From the NCBI GenBank assembly GCA_030429235.1, contig JAUIDB010000010.1, positions 13,334 through 77,333 of the forward strand: a stretch of 64,000 nucleotides of DNA. Reading direction: 5' to 3'. A model generated the notes under the pieces. It was not told the DNA's origin. It did no database searches and worked only from the letters and a program-made list of their open reading frames with translations. The DNA comes from Thermoanaerobaculia bacterium. GTDB taxonomy: Bacteria; Acidobacteriota; Thermoanaerobaculia; Multivoradales; JAIOJS01. The first letter of the stretch is position 1, and every line of letters starts with the position of its first letter. Below are positions 16,833 to 26,267 of this stretch, one piece after another. Both the position numbers and the translations under genes were made by a program.

Positions 16833-17822
16833 CTAGCGTTCGCCTCGGGACTCGGGCTCCGGGCTCTGCTCTGATTCCAGGCAAAGACTCTCGTCCGGCG
16901 GCGACCACGATCCGTCTCGACAGTAGAGCCAGAGCAGACCAAGGCGGTAGCTGGTGCCGCTGTAGGCGGAGTGGGTGCCGCCGGGAATGGTCAGGACCTC
17001 ATGAGCCCACGGCGCGGTGTCGGCATCCTGCCAGGCGGCGCTCCAGGCCAGGGCGGCCTCTCGGAGCGGTGGGTAGTCCTCGGATCCGCTGGTGACGACC
17101 AGACCCAGATCCTTCCGCTCGGCTGGGGCCGGAGTCGAGAAGTAGAGCTCGCGCCCGGGGTCGAAAGCCGGGTTGTTGGCGATTCGGCCCCAGAAGAGAT
17201 CCGGGTGCCGGAAGGCGGAGTAGAGCACCATCGAGCCCCCGCGGCTCTGTCCGAACAGGATGCGTCGTTCGGGGTCGACTCGGTAGTCCTTCTCGATCCG
17301 TGGGAGGAGTTCGCTGGACAGAAAGCGGTGGAAGTTCTCGGCCCCGCCCCGGGCTGGGTCGCCGTCCGGGGTGGGGGCCGAAAAGTCGAAGCCCCGGCGG
17401 TTGGTGTCGGGGGCGAAGGAGCCGTACGAGATGCCGACCACCACCGCCTCGGGCAATCCGAGGTCGTAGGTCAGGAAGAGATGACTGGCGGCCAGGATCG
17501 GGAAGAGCGAATCGCCATCCAGCACGTAGACCGTGGGGTAGCGGCGATCTGAGTCCGTCTCGTACCCGTCCGGCAGGCGAACGTAGATATGGAACGGCCG
17601 GCCGACCGCGCGCGAGTCGATCCGGAAGTAGCCCCCGGCCAGCGCGGGAAGGTGGTCCAGGGGAGTGGCGGCTTTGGCGACCGCTGGGTTCGGAGTCTGG
17701 TCGCCCGATGCGGGGGCGAGGTTGTCGACGGGGTGGCCCCAACCAGGGGCGCCCAACAGTTCCAAGATCAGCAGGGAACTCGCCAGGACGACGAGGAGGA
17801 TGGCTCTCACCCTGCGGACCAT
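16833..17822 (-). CDS. Secreted esterase of the PF00756 / esterase D-like alpha/beta hydrolase family.
   Basis: Internal ATG at 17822 gives the signal peptide MVRRVRAILLVVLASSLLI. Motifs YPTVYVLDGDSLF and GQSRGGSMVLYS (nucleophile elbow). The long upstream extension in the ORF track is rejected. Confidence 0.8.
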   Translation of the reverse strand: MVRRVRAILLVVLASSLLILELLGAPGWGHPVDNLAPASGDQTPNPAVAKAATPLDHLPALAGGYFRIDSRAVGRPFHIYVRLPDGYETDSDRRYPTVYVLDGDSLFPILAASHLFLTYDLGLPEAVVVGISYGSFAPDTNRRGFDFSAPTPDGDPARGGAENFHRFLSSELLPRIEKDYRVDPERRILFGQSRGGSMVLYSAFRHPDLFWGRIANNPAFDPGRELYFSTPAPAERKDLGLVVTSGSEDYPPLREAALAWSAAWQDADTAPWAHEVLTIPGGTHSAYSGTSYRLGLLWLYCRDGSWSPPDESLCLESEQSPEPESRGER

Positions 17823-17866
17823 CCGCCGGCGGGCGGGAGTTCGATGGGTTGGGACTTCACCGGATG

Positions 17867-18415
17867 CTATTCGAACTCGAGATCCCGTCCCGGGAGGGGG
17901 GGCGGCGTCTCGTCCACTCGTTCGAGATCCTGGAACTCGGGGCTGGTGACGATGGTCTCCAGGTGTTCGACGAGCTGGTGGAGTCGTTCCTTCCGCAAGG
18001 CACGACCGCTCGCTGAGTCCGAGGGGTTGGGGGCCGCGGCTCGGAGTCCTTCCTCGGCTTGCTGCACCACCGAGGACCCTTCGGGCCAGCGACGGCTGGT
18101 CACCAACACGGAGAGGTCCTCGATGCGACGCGACAGCCGTTCGAGTTCGTCCTGAGTGGCGGACTGGCCCATGAGTTCCTGCAGTTTCTGCTCCTCCCAC
18201 TCGCGGCCACCGATACCGAAGATGCCAAAGACCTGGACGGTGTGGCTCAAAAACCCGATGCCCCAGCCCAGGAGCGGGAAGATGAACCACCACTCGCCGG
18301 GGGAGACGAGAAGATTCATAGTGAACAGCGCGGCGTTGACCCCCACGTAGGAGGTCAGGTGGCCGTAGTAGTCCCGCAGCTCTTTGACCCGCTTGCGGGC
18401 CTGGGCTTCGTTCAT
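17867..18415 (-). CDS. 2TM domain-containing small membrane protein.
   Basis: KRVKELRDYYGHLTSYVGVNAALFTMNLLVSPGEWWFIFPLLGWGIGFLSH matches the 2TM (PF13239) pattern. Confidence 0.7.
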   Translation of the reverse strand: MNEAQARKRVKELRDYYGHLTSYVGVNAALFTMNLLVSPGEWWFIFPLLGWGIGFLSHTVQVFGIFGIGGREWEEQKLQELMGQSATQDELERLSRRIEDLSVLVTSRRWPEGSSVVQQAEEGLRAAAPNPSDSASGRALRKERLHQLVEHLETIVTSPEFQDLERVDETPPPLPGRDLEFE

Positions 18416-18578
18416 GGGGTAAGCCTACTACGTTCGCTCCGGGGCGTGGGGCTTCGTAACCGACCCTCGACTCGTACGTCCAAGGATCTGCGGTGCCGGC
18501 TTGCGAAGTCGTTCAGCCCAGTGTGGGTAGGAGCATCGCTCCCGAAGCGCTCACCTCGAGAGTTGGAGAATCAGCGTC

Positions 18579-19793
18579 ATGAACCGAAACCGAGTCCTTC
18601 GGCGATCCCTTGGCGTCAGCCTTGCCTGGTGCATCGCGGCGCTGTCGGTGGCGGCTGGCTCGAGCACAGCTCCCGACCCGCCGATCGCCCTGGGGGTCGA
18701 GAAGACGCTCGACTCCGACCGGCTGGGACACGTTCGTCGGGTCTTCGTCTCCCTACCGTCCGACTATGCCAAGGGGGAGGAGCGGTATCCGGTGCTCTAT
18801 CTGTTGGACGGCGACCGACTCTTCGAGTCGACGGCGGCGGCCGCTCGGTTCCTGGCTTCGGCCGGCGCGATCCCTCCCCTCATCGTGGTCGGAGTGGCCA
18901 ACGATGTCGACCGCGGCTACTACCTCACTCCGCCCTTCGATCGTTGGCTTTCCCGCAGTGGGGGCGCCGACGAGTTTCTGGGGTTTCTCGAGACCGAGCT
19001 GATCCCCTGGGTCGACTCCGAGTATCGGACGGCGCCGCATCGCACCCTCGCCGGTTCGTCGTTCGGCGGCATCTTCGTGCTGCATGCGCTGTACTCGAAG
19101 CCGGACCTCTTCCACGCCTACCTCGCCGCCAGTCCGAGCCTGCACATGGGGGAGGGATCGCTGGTCGACGCGGCGGCGTCGAGACTCGATCGCGGGCTGC
19201 CGACTTCGCGCTTTCTGTTTCTGAGCCTGGCCGACGAACGCAACGAACTGGTTTGGGGCCAGGAGATGCGGACCCACTTCGACCGGTTGGTCGAGCTACT
19301 GAACTATCGCCACCGATCCGCGGGGCTGCGGTTCGAGGCGCGGCAGTATCCCGACGAGACCCACTCCACGGTGAAACTGCGCGCCTTCTCGGACGGGCTG
19401 CGCAGCCTCTTCTGGCAGTGGCCCATCCCCGAGTTTCGCTCCCGCCGTGGCTTGTCCGGTCTCGAGGAACACTTTCGTGAACTGTCGAAGGAACTGGGGT
19501 TCGAGTTGGGGATTCCGGTGGTGGCCTTCGTCGACCTCGGGTCTCGGGCCCTCGATCGCGACGAGGCCGACCAGGCGGTCGAGTTGTTCCGCCTGGCTAC
19601 CGAGCGGTTCGCGGAGTCACCGATCCTCTGGCACGGCCTGGCGGAGTCGCTGGAGAAGGTCGGTGAGGGTGACTCGGCGCTCGAAGCCATGGCCCGAGCC
19701 GTGGACACGGCGCAGAGATCGGACGATCCCGACCTGGAGCGGTACCGCCGCCGCCTTCAGGCGATGGAGCAGCGACTGGGCGTCGAGCCCTGA
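18579..19793 (+). CDS. Secreted PF00756-type esterase with a C-terminal TPR-like helical extension.
   Basis: Signal peptide. Motifs RYPVLYLLDGDRLF and GSSFGGIFVLHALYS. The C-terminal ~100 aa are helical repeats. Confidence 0.8.
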   Translation: MNRNRVLRRSLGVSLAWCIAALSVAAGSSTAPDPPIALGVEKTLDSDRLGHVRRVFVSLPSDYAKGEERYPVLYLLDGDRLFESTAAAARFLASAGAIPPLIVVGVANDVDRGYYLTPPFDRWLSRSGGADEFLGFLETELIPWVDSEYRTAPHRTLAGSSFGGIFVLHALYSKPDLFHAYLAASPSLHMGEGSLVDAAASRLDRGLPTSRFLFLSLADERNELVWGQEMRTHFDRLVELLNYRHRSAGLRFEARQYPDETHSTVKLRAFSDGLRSLFWQWPIPEFRSRRGLSGLEEHFRELSKELGFELGIPVVAFVDLGSRALDRDEADQAVELFRLATERFAESPILWHGLAESLEKVGEGDSALEAMARAVDTAQRSDDPDLERYRRRLQAMEQRLGVEP

Positions 19794-19914
19794 TTCCTCG
19801 ACCGATCGGCCCCACCGACCGGGATCCTCACCGCCGCTAGGGATTCAGGAACGACGCCGAGCCGAGCGCCCGCGGAGGGATCTCGACGAGCTGCCAGCCC
19901 GCTCGGCGACGACC

Positions 19915-20646
19915 TCAGCCGGCCGGCTCGGGCAGCGTCAGCACAGGCGCGCCCGCGGCGTCGAGGAACTCGAGGCGGGGTCCGGCTTCGTCGACTAGAA
20001 GCCGCAGTCGCGGTTGTCCTGCTTCGTCTCGCATCTCGACCTGGGCCACCTGGTCGCGGCTGCCGACGAACAGTCGCTCGACTCCGATCTTCTCTCGCAT
20101 CGTCGCCATCTCGGCCCGCAGCCGTTCCCGCTCCGCTTCGTCCTCGCTCTCCATCCGCCGTAGGCCGAGGTCGAGGAAGTCGCCGAAGAAGAGGTCGCTG
20201 GGACGGTCCCAGACTCTGAGGCCCGCGCGGCGGGTCTGGCCGTTGTCGAGGTACTGGATTGCCACCACCTGGTTCTGGCGCCACTGATCGAAGGAGAGAT
20301 GGCCTCCCGCCCAGTATCCGTCCTCTTTGGGGATGCCATTGAAGACGAGGCCTCCCACCTCGTCGCCCTCTTCGTTGAAGAAGATCATGCCCGACAGCAG
20401 ATTGCGGCCGTCGCCGAAGGCCGCCGGATACTCCTTGCCCCCGAAGGTCGGGCCCGGGATATGCCGCTGGTTGGCCAGGGCGAGGACCGGTGCCCCGTTG
20501 ACCCCGACGATGTCGATGCGCTCGGCGCTGATGCGCGTGGTGTCGAGGTGGTCACGGGCCGCCGCCCGATCGAGGAGCAGGTAGCCGAGGGCGATCCAGG
20601 TCACCAACTGGCTCGTGACGAGGGCGAAGAGAACAGTGCGCTGCAT
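19915..20646 (-). CDS. Hypothetical N-terminally anchored or secreted protein.
   Basis: The internal ATG at 20646 gives the TM/signal MQRTVLFALVTSQLVTWIALGYLLL. The upstream extension is low-complexity Pro/Arg/Ser. Confidence 0.5.
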   Translation of the reverse strand: MQRTVLFALVTSQLVTWIALGYLLLDRAAARDHLDTTRISAERIDIVGVNGAPVLALANQRHIPGPTFGGKEYPAAFGDGRNLLSGMIFFNEEGDEVGGLVFNGIPKEDGYWAGGHLSFDQWRQNQVVAIQYLDNGQTRRAGLRVWDRPSDLFFGDFLDLGLRRMESEDEAERERLRAEMATMREKIGVERLFVGSRDQVAQVEMRDEAGQPRLRLLVDEAGPRLEFLDAAGAPVLTLPEPAG

Positions 20647-21045
20647 GCGAATCTCCAAGGGAATGGGGCGGAGGTAGAAACAGGGACTGGGAGGCGCTCC
20701 TGACGTCGCGAGGCAGCCTTCGACTCGGCCAAGGGTCCGGGGCGAACCTGTCGAGGTGCGGAGCGGAGACCCACGATCGTCGGGACGAGGCGCGAGGTTA
20801 CCTGATGTGAGGGCACTCTCGAGGCACCTGGCGCGAGTGGTTGGGGTCGACCGGTTTCCTGCTCCCGTTCTCGGGTGAGGCAAGGGTTCTCGACGGCCTC
20901 GTGTGAATCCAGGGAGGCCACACAGTCTGTGTCGAGCCCTGGGTCAAGTGGCTCTCGATTGAGTCTTGATCCTCACCCTACGTCAGGGACTACCGTCGGA
21001 TCTCCATCGATGTTCTGCAAAGGAAGGGACTTCCAATGAGTGAGA

Positions 21046-21429
21046 ATGGCAAACCCCGAATCGACTCCGTTGAGGCAACGTTTCCTCTCTCTGTTCGAGG
21101 CTTTCGCTTGGACTCTGACCCTGGTGGTCCTGCTCCAGTTCATGGCCTGGCATCAGTCCGCGTTGGAACACACCATCTCGCAGCGCGCGATGGCCCTCCT
21201 CAAGATTGGCGGAGCCGACACCGTCGAGTTCGGCCTTGATTGTCTTCCTGGTCCTGCGGTTTCGCAGGAGGGGTATTCCCCGGAGCAACGAGTCGAGACG
21301 AGTGCAGAGTGCGACCCTCGACATCGGTCCGTCCGACTAGACTACGAGGCCATGGGCAGAGAGAGCCGAGGTCTCCAGCGGAGGTCCGAACCCACCAAGG
21401 ATCTGAAGCAGGTTCCAAGCTGGTCATGA
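21046..21429 (+). CDS. Hypothetical small single-TM membrane protein in a lower-GC intergenic island.
   Basis: This frame has a predicted TM (FAWTLTLVVLLQFMAW) and higher GC3 than the alternative 21036 frame, which in turn has the better AAGGAAGGGA RBS. The two frames are ambiguous. Confidence 0.3.
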   Translation: MANPESTPLRQRFLSLFEAFAWTLTLVVLLQFMAWHQSALEHTISQRAMALLKIGGADTVEFGLDCLPGPAVSQEGYSPEQRVETSAECDPRHRSVRLDYEAMGRESRGLQRRSEPTKDLKQVPSWS

Positions 21430-21447
21430 CGATCTTTCCGGCATCGG

Positions 21448-23745
21448 TTGTCCGTGCTTTCTTGCGTTCCGAAGACTGGTTTCGAAGCAGCAGCGAGTGG
21501 ATCGACCGGCCATGAGTTCAGCGCTAGTTCACTTCGGCCGTCGACCGACCCGGTACGGATTCTCGGTTTGACGCTCGGAAACAAGGGGGCCGACTGGCTG
21601 CGCCATGGGGTGGTCTTGTGGCTCGTGTCGTTGGCACTAGGCTGCAGCTCCGAGGCACCCTGGAACGTCTTGCTGGTGACTCTCGACACCACCAGGGCGG
21701 ACTTCCTCGGCTGCTACGGCAAGACCTCCGCGCAGACTCCCGTTCTCGACCAACTGGCCGAAAGGGGGACTCTCTTCGAGAGCGCCTATACCTCGAATCC
21801 GGTAACCCAAGCCGCGCACTCGACCATTCTCACCGGGGTCTACCCCATGGTTCACGGAGTGCGAGACAACATTCTCTTTCGCCTTCCCGAGGAGATGACG
21901 ACCCTCGCTGAGCATCTTCGGGTCGCTGGCTACGCGACCGGTGCCGCGGTCGGTGGCTTTCCCTTGACGCGGGAGTTCGGGACCGCACAGGGTTTCGACT
22001 TCTATGACGACGACTTGACCCATGGCCGCACAGATTTCCGGGGCCGGCCGATTCCGGATCGGCTCGCTACTTGGTACGACGAGCGTCCCGCGCCGCAGGT
22101 CAACGATGCGATTCTCAGCTGGCTCCGCGAAGATCGGTCGGTTCCATTCTTCGCCTGGGTGCACTATTGGGATCCGCACGAACCCCACATCGCTCCGTCG
22201 CCCTTCAGAGAACTGTTCATCGACGATCCCTACCAGGCCGAAATCGCCTACGCCGATCAAAGCCTGGGTGCACTACTCGACGCTCTGGAGCGTGCTGGCG
22301 AACGGCACCGCACTCTCGTCGTGGTGACCGCAGACCACGGCGAGGGACGGGGCGAACACCGCGAGAGCACACACGCGTTTCTTGCGTACGATGCCACGCT
22401 CCGCGTGCCGTTGATTGTCAGCGCGCCCGATCAAGCGCAGAACCGGAGGATTGCGGAACGCGTCGGCACGGTCGACATCGTGCCGACCATCCTGGATCTT
22501 CTCGATCTACCGTCCAGTGACCAGCTTCAGGGACGATCTCTGGCGCCGCTGATGCGCCAGCCTGCTGCCTCCGACAGTGTGGCGACCCCGCGCCATCGCA
22601 CTCCCTACTACAGTGAGAGTCTGTCGCCCCGGCTCTCTCATGGACTCGGAGAGCTTCGAGCCCTGTTCCTAGGTCCTTGGAAGTACGTCCACGGGCCTCG
22701 ACCGGAGCTGTTTCATCTGGGTCGCGACCCCGGCGAGCTTCGTGACCTCATCACGGTCGAGACAGCCCAAGCCGAATCGATGAGATCCCAGTTGCAGGAG
22801 TTCCTGCACGCAAGGAAGAGCAAAGAGGTGACGAAGGCCTTGCATGACATCGATGAAGAAACGCGGCAGAGATTGGCAGCCCTGGGCTACCTCGCCTCCA
22901 TGCCGGGTACCGGCGAGCAGGTCGACGAGATCCTGCGCTCTGATGGCGAAGCTCCCCAGGACCGTGTGGGCGACATCAACCTCCAGAGCCGTTTGAGAAG
23001 ACAGCTCGGAGTGCGACACTTCGCTGCCGCGGAGCGCACGGCTCGATCGCTGTTGATGGCCGCGCCCGAGAACACCTTCTACCTGAAGTCCCTCGTGGCG
23101 GCGCAACTCGGGCTCGACAAACCTGAGGAGGCGGCCCGCGAGCTGCTCGCCGTGACGCCGTCGGCTGCGCTTGGCCCTCAGTTCCTAGCAGTTGGCCAAG
23201 CTCTCTTCGACTCTGGCGCGGAGGTTCGAGGCCTCGAGCTGATTCGGCGAGGCATCGAAGCTGGAGACGTGGCCAACGGCGAAGCGCAGCTGGCCAGGCT
23301 GCTGCTTGCGTCCGACGACATCGAGGGATTCCAGCAAGCCACGAAGCGGGCTCTCGAGGCCGATCCGGAGCATCGAGGATCCCGTCTGGAACGGGCTCGC
23401 TACTACCTGGCGACCGACCGACTGCGTGAAGCAGAAAGCGATCTGCTGCGGCTCTTGCGCGCGAACCCTATCGACCCCGAAGTGCATCTGGAGTACGCGG
23501 GTCTGCTCCGTAGGGAAGGGCAGTCCGAGGCAGCGGAAAGGCGCTTGCTGCGCGTCCTGCGACTCGCACCGCACTGGTGTGACCCCTACCTGGAGCTGAT
23601 CCGGTTGCATCGAGAAGCCCTCCGGCCAGCGGAGGCTTCCGAGGTCTTGGGACGGATGCGCACACACTGCACCGACGCAAGCCAACTTTCCCATGCCGCC
23701 ACTCTTGCCGTGGCGATGGACACAGCTGGAGGATACCGCCCGTGA
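21448..23745 (+). CDS. Sulfatase-like hydrolase/transferase (alkaline phosphatase superfamily) lipoprotein fused to C-terminal TPR repeats.
   Basis: NVLLVTLDTTRADFLGCYG metal-binding N-terminus. SNPVTQAAHSTILTG stands in place of a canonical CxPxR. The C-terminal ~300 aa are TPR. A likely internal GTG start at 21610 gives a lipoprotein signal LWLVSLALGCSS. Confidence 0.8.
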   Translation: MSVLSCVPKTGFEAAASGSTGHEFSASSLRPSTDPVRILGLTLGNKGADWLRHGVVLWLVSLALGCSSEAPWNVLLVTLDTTRADFLGCYGKTSAQTPVLDQLAERGTLFESAYTSNPVTQAAHSTILTGVYPMVHGVRDNILFRLPEEMTTLAEHLRVAGYATGAAVGGFPLTREFGTAQGFDFYDDDLTHGRTDFRGRPIPDRLATWYDERPAPQVNDAILSWLREDRSVPFFAWVHYWDPHEPHIAPSPFRELFIDDPYQAEIAYADQSLGALLDALERAGERHRTLVVVTADHGEGRGEHRESTHAFLAYDATLRVPLIVSAPDQAQNRRIAERVGTVDIVPTILDLLDLPSSDQLQGRSLAPLMRQPAASDSVATPRHRTPYYSESLSPRLSHGLGELRALFLGPWKYVHGPRPELFHLGRDPGELRDLITVETAQAESMRSQLQEFLHARKSKEVTKALHDIDEETRQRLAALGYLASMPGTGEQVDEILRSDGEAPQDRVGDINLQSRLRRQLGVRHFAAAERTARSLLMAAPENTFYLKSLVAAQLGLDKPEEAARELLAVTPSAALGPQFLAVGQALFDSGAEVRGLELIRRGIEAGDVANGEAQLARLLLASDDIEGFQQATKRALEADPEHRGSRLERARYYLATDRLREAESDLLRLLRANPIDPEVHLEYAGLLRREGQSEAAERRLLRVLRLAPHWCDPYLELIRLHREALRPAEASEVLGRMRTHCTDASQLSHAATLAVAMDTAGGYRP

Positions 23746-25496
23746 TGATACTGCTCAGCCGTCGACTGAGGGCTGTCCCTTCCATCCTCTTCCTACTCGC
23801 TGTCGTGTCGCTCGCCTGCGCCAGCAACGACTCGTCCTCGCCGATCGACCCGGCCCGAGCTGGTGTCGTGGCTTCCTGGGACAGCGGGAGCCTTGGGCTC
23901 GAGGAGATCGAACAGGCACTCTCGACTTCGGTCCTCGAAACCTGCCGCAAGGCTCGCCGCCAGGGCGGACTGGAGAACCTGATTCCCTGCTATCGAGAGT
24001 TGTCCGAGGCTCTGGTGCTGGAACGTCTGGTGCTGGCCGATGTCGCCGACCTCGCGGAGGCAACGCGGAGGGTAGAGGGTTTTGGGCAGTTGGAACGGGA
24101 AGCTCTTCTAGGGTTGTTCCTGAGCCAGGTGCGAACTGAGATCTCGATCGAACCCGCTGAGATCGAGCGCCACTTCGAGGCCGACCCGGAACGGTTCCGC
24201 CAGCCTAGAGCTGTCGAGTTGTCGACGCTCTTTCGTCGCCACGAGAATCCGAGTCAGCCCGAGGCGACTCTCGCCTATCTCGAGGATCTCAAGCGGCGCT
24301 TCGAGGCAGGCGCTTCCTTTTCGGCACTCTCTCGGTCGCATTCGCATTCCGAGACCCGCTCTCGCGGCGGCGAGGTCGGTAGCGTTTCCGAGTTCGACCT
24401 ACCACCCCGGCTCGCTCAGGTCGCCTTCTCACTGGAGGTTGGCGAAGTCAGCGACCCAGTTCTGGTGAGAAACGGTGCGATTCTCTTGCACGTTCGCGGG
24501 GCGCGGGCAGCGGTCGAGCCCAGTCTGTCCAGTGCCGAGCTAGAGATCCGCCGCGAACTCCTACGCGAGCGGATCCGGTCGATCGTGTCAGAGCACACAA
24601 AGGACCTGACGCCGCCCGCTGGCTCGACCGTCCTCACCTCAGGGGAGCTCTCGACCGCGGTCGAGGCGGGCGTTCCAGATCGGATGGTTCTCGAGGTCGA
24701 AGGGGATTCCCTCGATCTCGCGGCGTTGCATCGACTGGCTGGGATCGGCAATCCCGGTCGGGCGCTGACCGAGGCCCAGTTCGGTCAACTCGAAGCTGAG
24801 TACCGGCACCAGATCGAGCGCCGACTCCTCGGTCTGGAACTCGTTCGGTCCCCGCCACCCGATCTCTCGGAAGCGGCTTTCGAGCGGGTACGGCGGAACG
24901 CGATTGATCGGCTCGTCGATGATCGAGTGCAAGAGGCCCTCGACCTTCGGCTCGACGAGACCGTCCTCCAGGAGTACTACGCGGACAATCGTCTGCACTA
25001 TCAGAGCCCGCTGCGGCTCGAGTTGCGGCTGTGGAGCCTGCCTTTCGGCGACGATCCACCCGCACAGCTTCGTCAGATGGAGCAGTTCCGAGCCGACCTG
25101 ATCGGTCACCGGAGGACGCTCGACGAAGCGGTCCAACGACTGGGAGGGGTCGTTCGAGAACTAGGCTGGAGGACCATCCAGGAACTACCGAGCGACATAC
25201 CGCCCAAAGCCCGAACCTATCTGGCCGAGGCTGCCTCCACGGGGTACTCCGTTCCCTACCAACAGGCCGAGGAACTCCACCTGTTCGTCATCGATGCGCG
25301 GCAGGATCCCCTGCCGCTTCCCTACGGGGAGGTCAAGGAAGAGGTGCGGTCGGACTATCTGAGGCGATTCCACCATCAGCTCTATCGAGAGATGCTGGAC
25401 GAGCGCCTGGCGGCCAGATCCTTCCAGTTCCACGAAACAGCCCTCCATGACCTACTGATTCCGAGCGGCGACCGCGATCCAACTGCGGTGCGGTAG
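23742..25496 (+). CDS. SurA/PpiC-type peptidyl-prolyl cis-trans isomerase lipoprotein.
   Basis: ATGA overlap with the upstream gene. Lipobox LAVVSLAC. Parvulin domain (GGEVGSVSEFDLPPRLAQVAFSLEVGEVSDPVLVRNGAILLHV). Confidence 0.75.
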   Translation: MMILLSRRLRAVPSILFLLAVVSLACASNDSSSPIDPARAGVVASWDSGSLGLEEIEQALSTSVLETCRKARRQGGLENLIPCYRELSEALVLERLVLADVADLAEATRRVEGFGQLEREALLGLFLSQVRTEISIEPAEIERHFEADPERFRQPRAVELSTLFRRHENPSQPEATLAYLEDLKRRFEAGASFSALSRSHSHSETRSRGGEVGSVSEFDLPPRLAQVAFSLEVGEVSDPVLVRNGAILLHVRGARAAVEPSLSSAELEIRRELLRERIRSIVSEHTKDLTPPAGSTVLTSGELSTAVEAGVPDRMVLEVEGDSLDLAALHRLAGIGNPGRALTEAQFGQLEAEYRHQIERRLLGLELVRSPPPDLSEAAFERVRRNAIDRLVDDRVQEALDLRLDETVLQEYYADNRLHYQSPLRLELRLWSLPFGDDPPAQLRQMEQFRADLIGHRRTLDEAVQRLGGVVRELGWRTIQELPSDIPPKARTYLAEAASTGYSVPYQQAEELHLFVIDARQDPLPLPYGEVKEEVRSDYLRRFHHQLYREMLDERLAARSFQFHETALHDLLIPSGDRDPTAVR

Positions 25497-25766
25497 GAGC
25501 GTGGGTCCCGCGGCACTGGCACGAAAGCCTGCGAGCTCTCGATCGAAGGGTTTGGACGAGGGGTCGTGTCTCGAGAGTGACTCTCGCCGGAGGTCGGAGT
25601 CCACCCCACAACCGGAAGGCGCGAAGGAAGCAGTCGCCATCCGAGGCGGCGGCATGCGACATGCTAGACTGCAGAAGCGTCCTACACAGGCAAGAGCGTC
25701 CGAGTTCAATGGCCATGGTCTACAAAAACGAGCCTTCTTGCTCGGCACACACGAGGTGACGAAACA

Positions 25767-26267
25767 ATGGTGACTTCCCGAGCGAGGCTGCTGGCCTGCA
25801 TCGCCGGCGGCATTCTGATCTTGATGGCTGGTGTCGACCCCGCCCGGGCACAATGCAATACCACCGGGAATCCGAACATGACCACGTTCCCGACCGGCCC
25901 CACCATCGTGATCACCAAGTACCTAACGGCGGCCACGACCTGTACGGGGACCGTGAGCACTGCCCTCGCCTGCTACCCATCGAATGGAGAGGTGGTCACC
26001 GGGTTGACGTTTCTGGTTGCGAGTGCGCTGACGGCAACAGTCAACCCTGTTTGTCAGTGGAACTGTGGCTGTGGCACCGTCACCACGGACACGGGAGACG
26101 GTCTGCCGGTGGAACTGATGGACTTCGAGATCGAAGCTTCGTCCCAAGCGGCTGGCATGCCAGTCGAGGAGACTCCGGCCAGAGCGGCTCCACTCGCTTC
26201 GAGTACCAGAGCCTCGAGCGCCGACTCCAACGCGCCGGTGTATCGACCAGAACCTCAGCCACTCTGA
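25767..26267 (+). CDS. Small secreted Cys/Thr-rich hypothetical protein containing a LPVELMDFEIE motif.
   Basis: Signal peptide LLACIAGGILILMAGVDPARA. The mature part has 8 Cys and is Thr/Gly rich. Confidence 0.5.
   Translation: MVTSRARLLACIAGGILILMAGVDPARAQCNTTGNPNMTTFPTGPTIVITKYLTAATTCTGTVSTALACYPSNGEVVTGLTFLVASALTATVNPVCQWNCGCGTVTTDTGDGLPVELMDFEIEASSQAAGMPVEETPARAAPLASSTRASSADSNAPVYRPEPQPL

Noticed and set aside
16833-18293. Full-length 486-aa version of the esterase ORF
   Set aside because: The first 157 codons are Pro/Arg/Gly-rich without a signal peptide. The internal ATG at 17822 yields a canonical signal peptide and a family-typical length. The same logic was applied to 35826, 38885..40411, 44000..45529, 45384 and 19915..20883.
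21631-21647. TGGCAC-N5-TGCA inside the sulfatase-like gene
   Set aside because: The spacing is 9 nt and the element is intragenic.
25505-25530. TGGCAC...CTGC sigma54-like sequence downstream of the PPIase gene
   Set aside because: The GG-to-GC spacing is 11 nt, not 10, and there is no TTGC.
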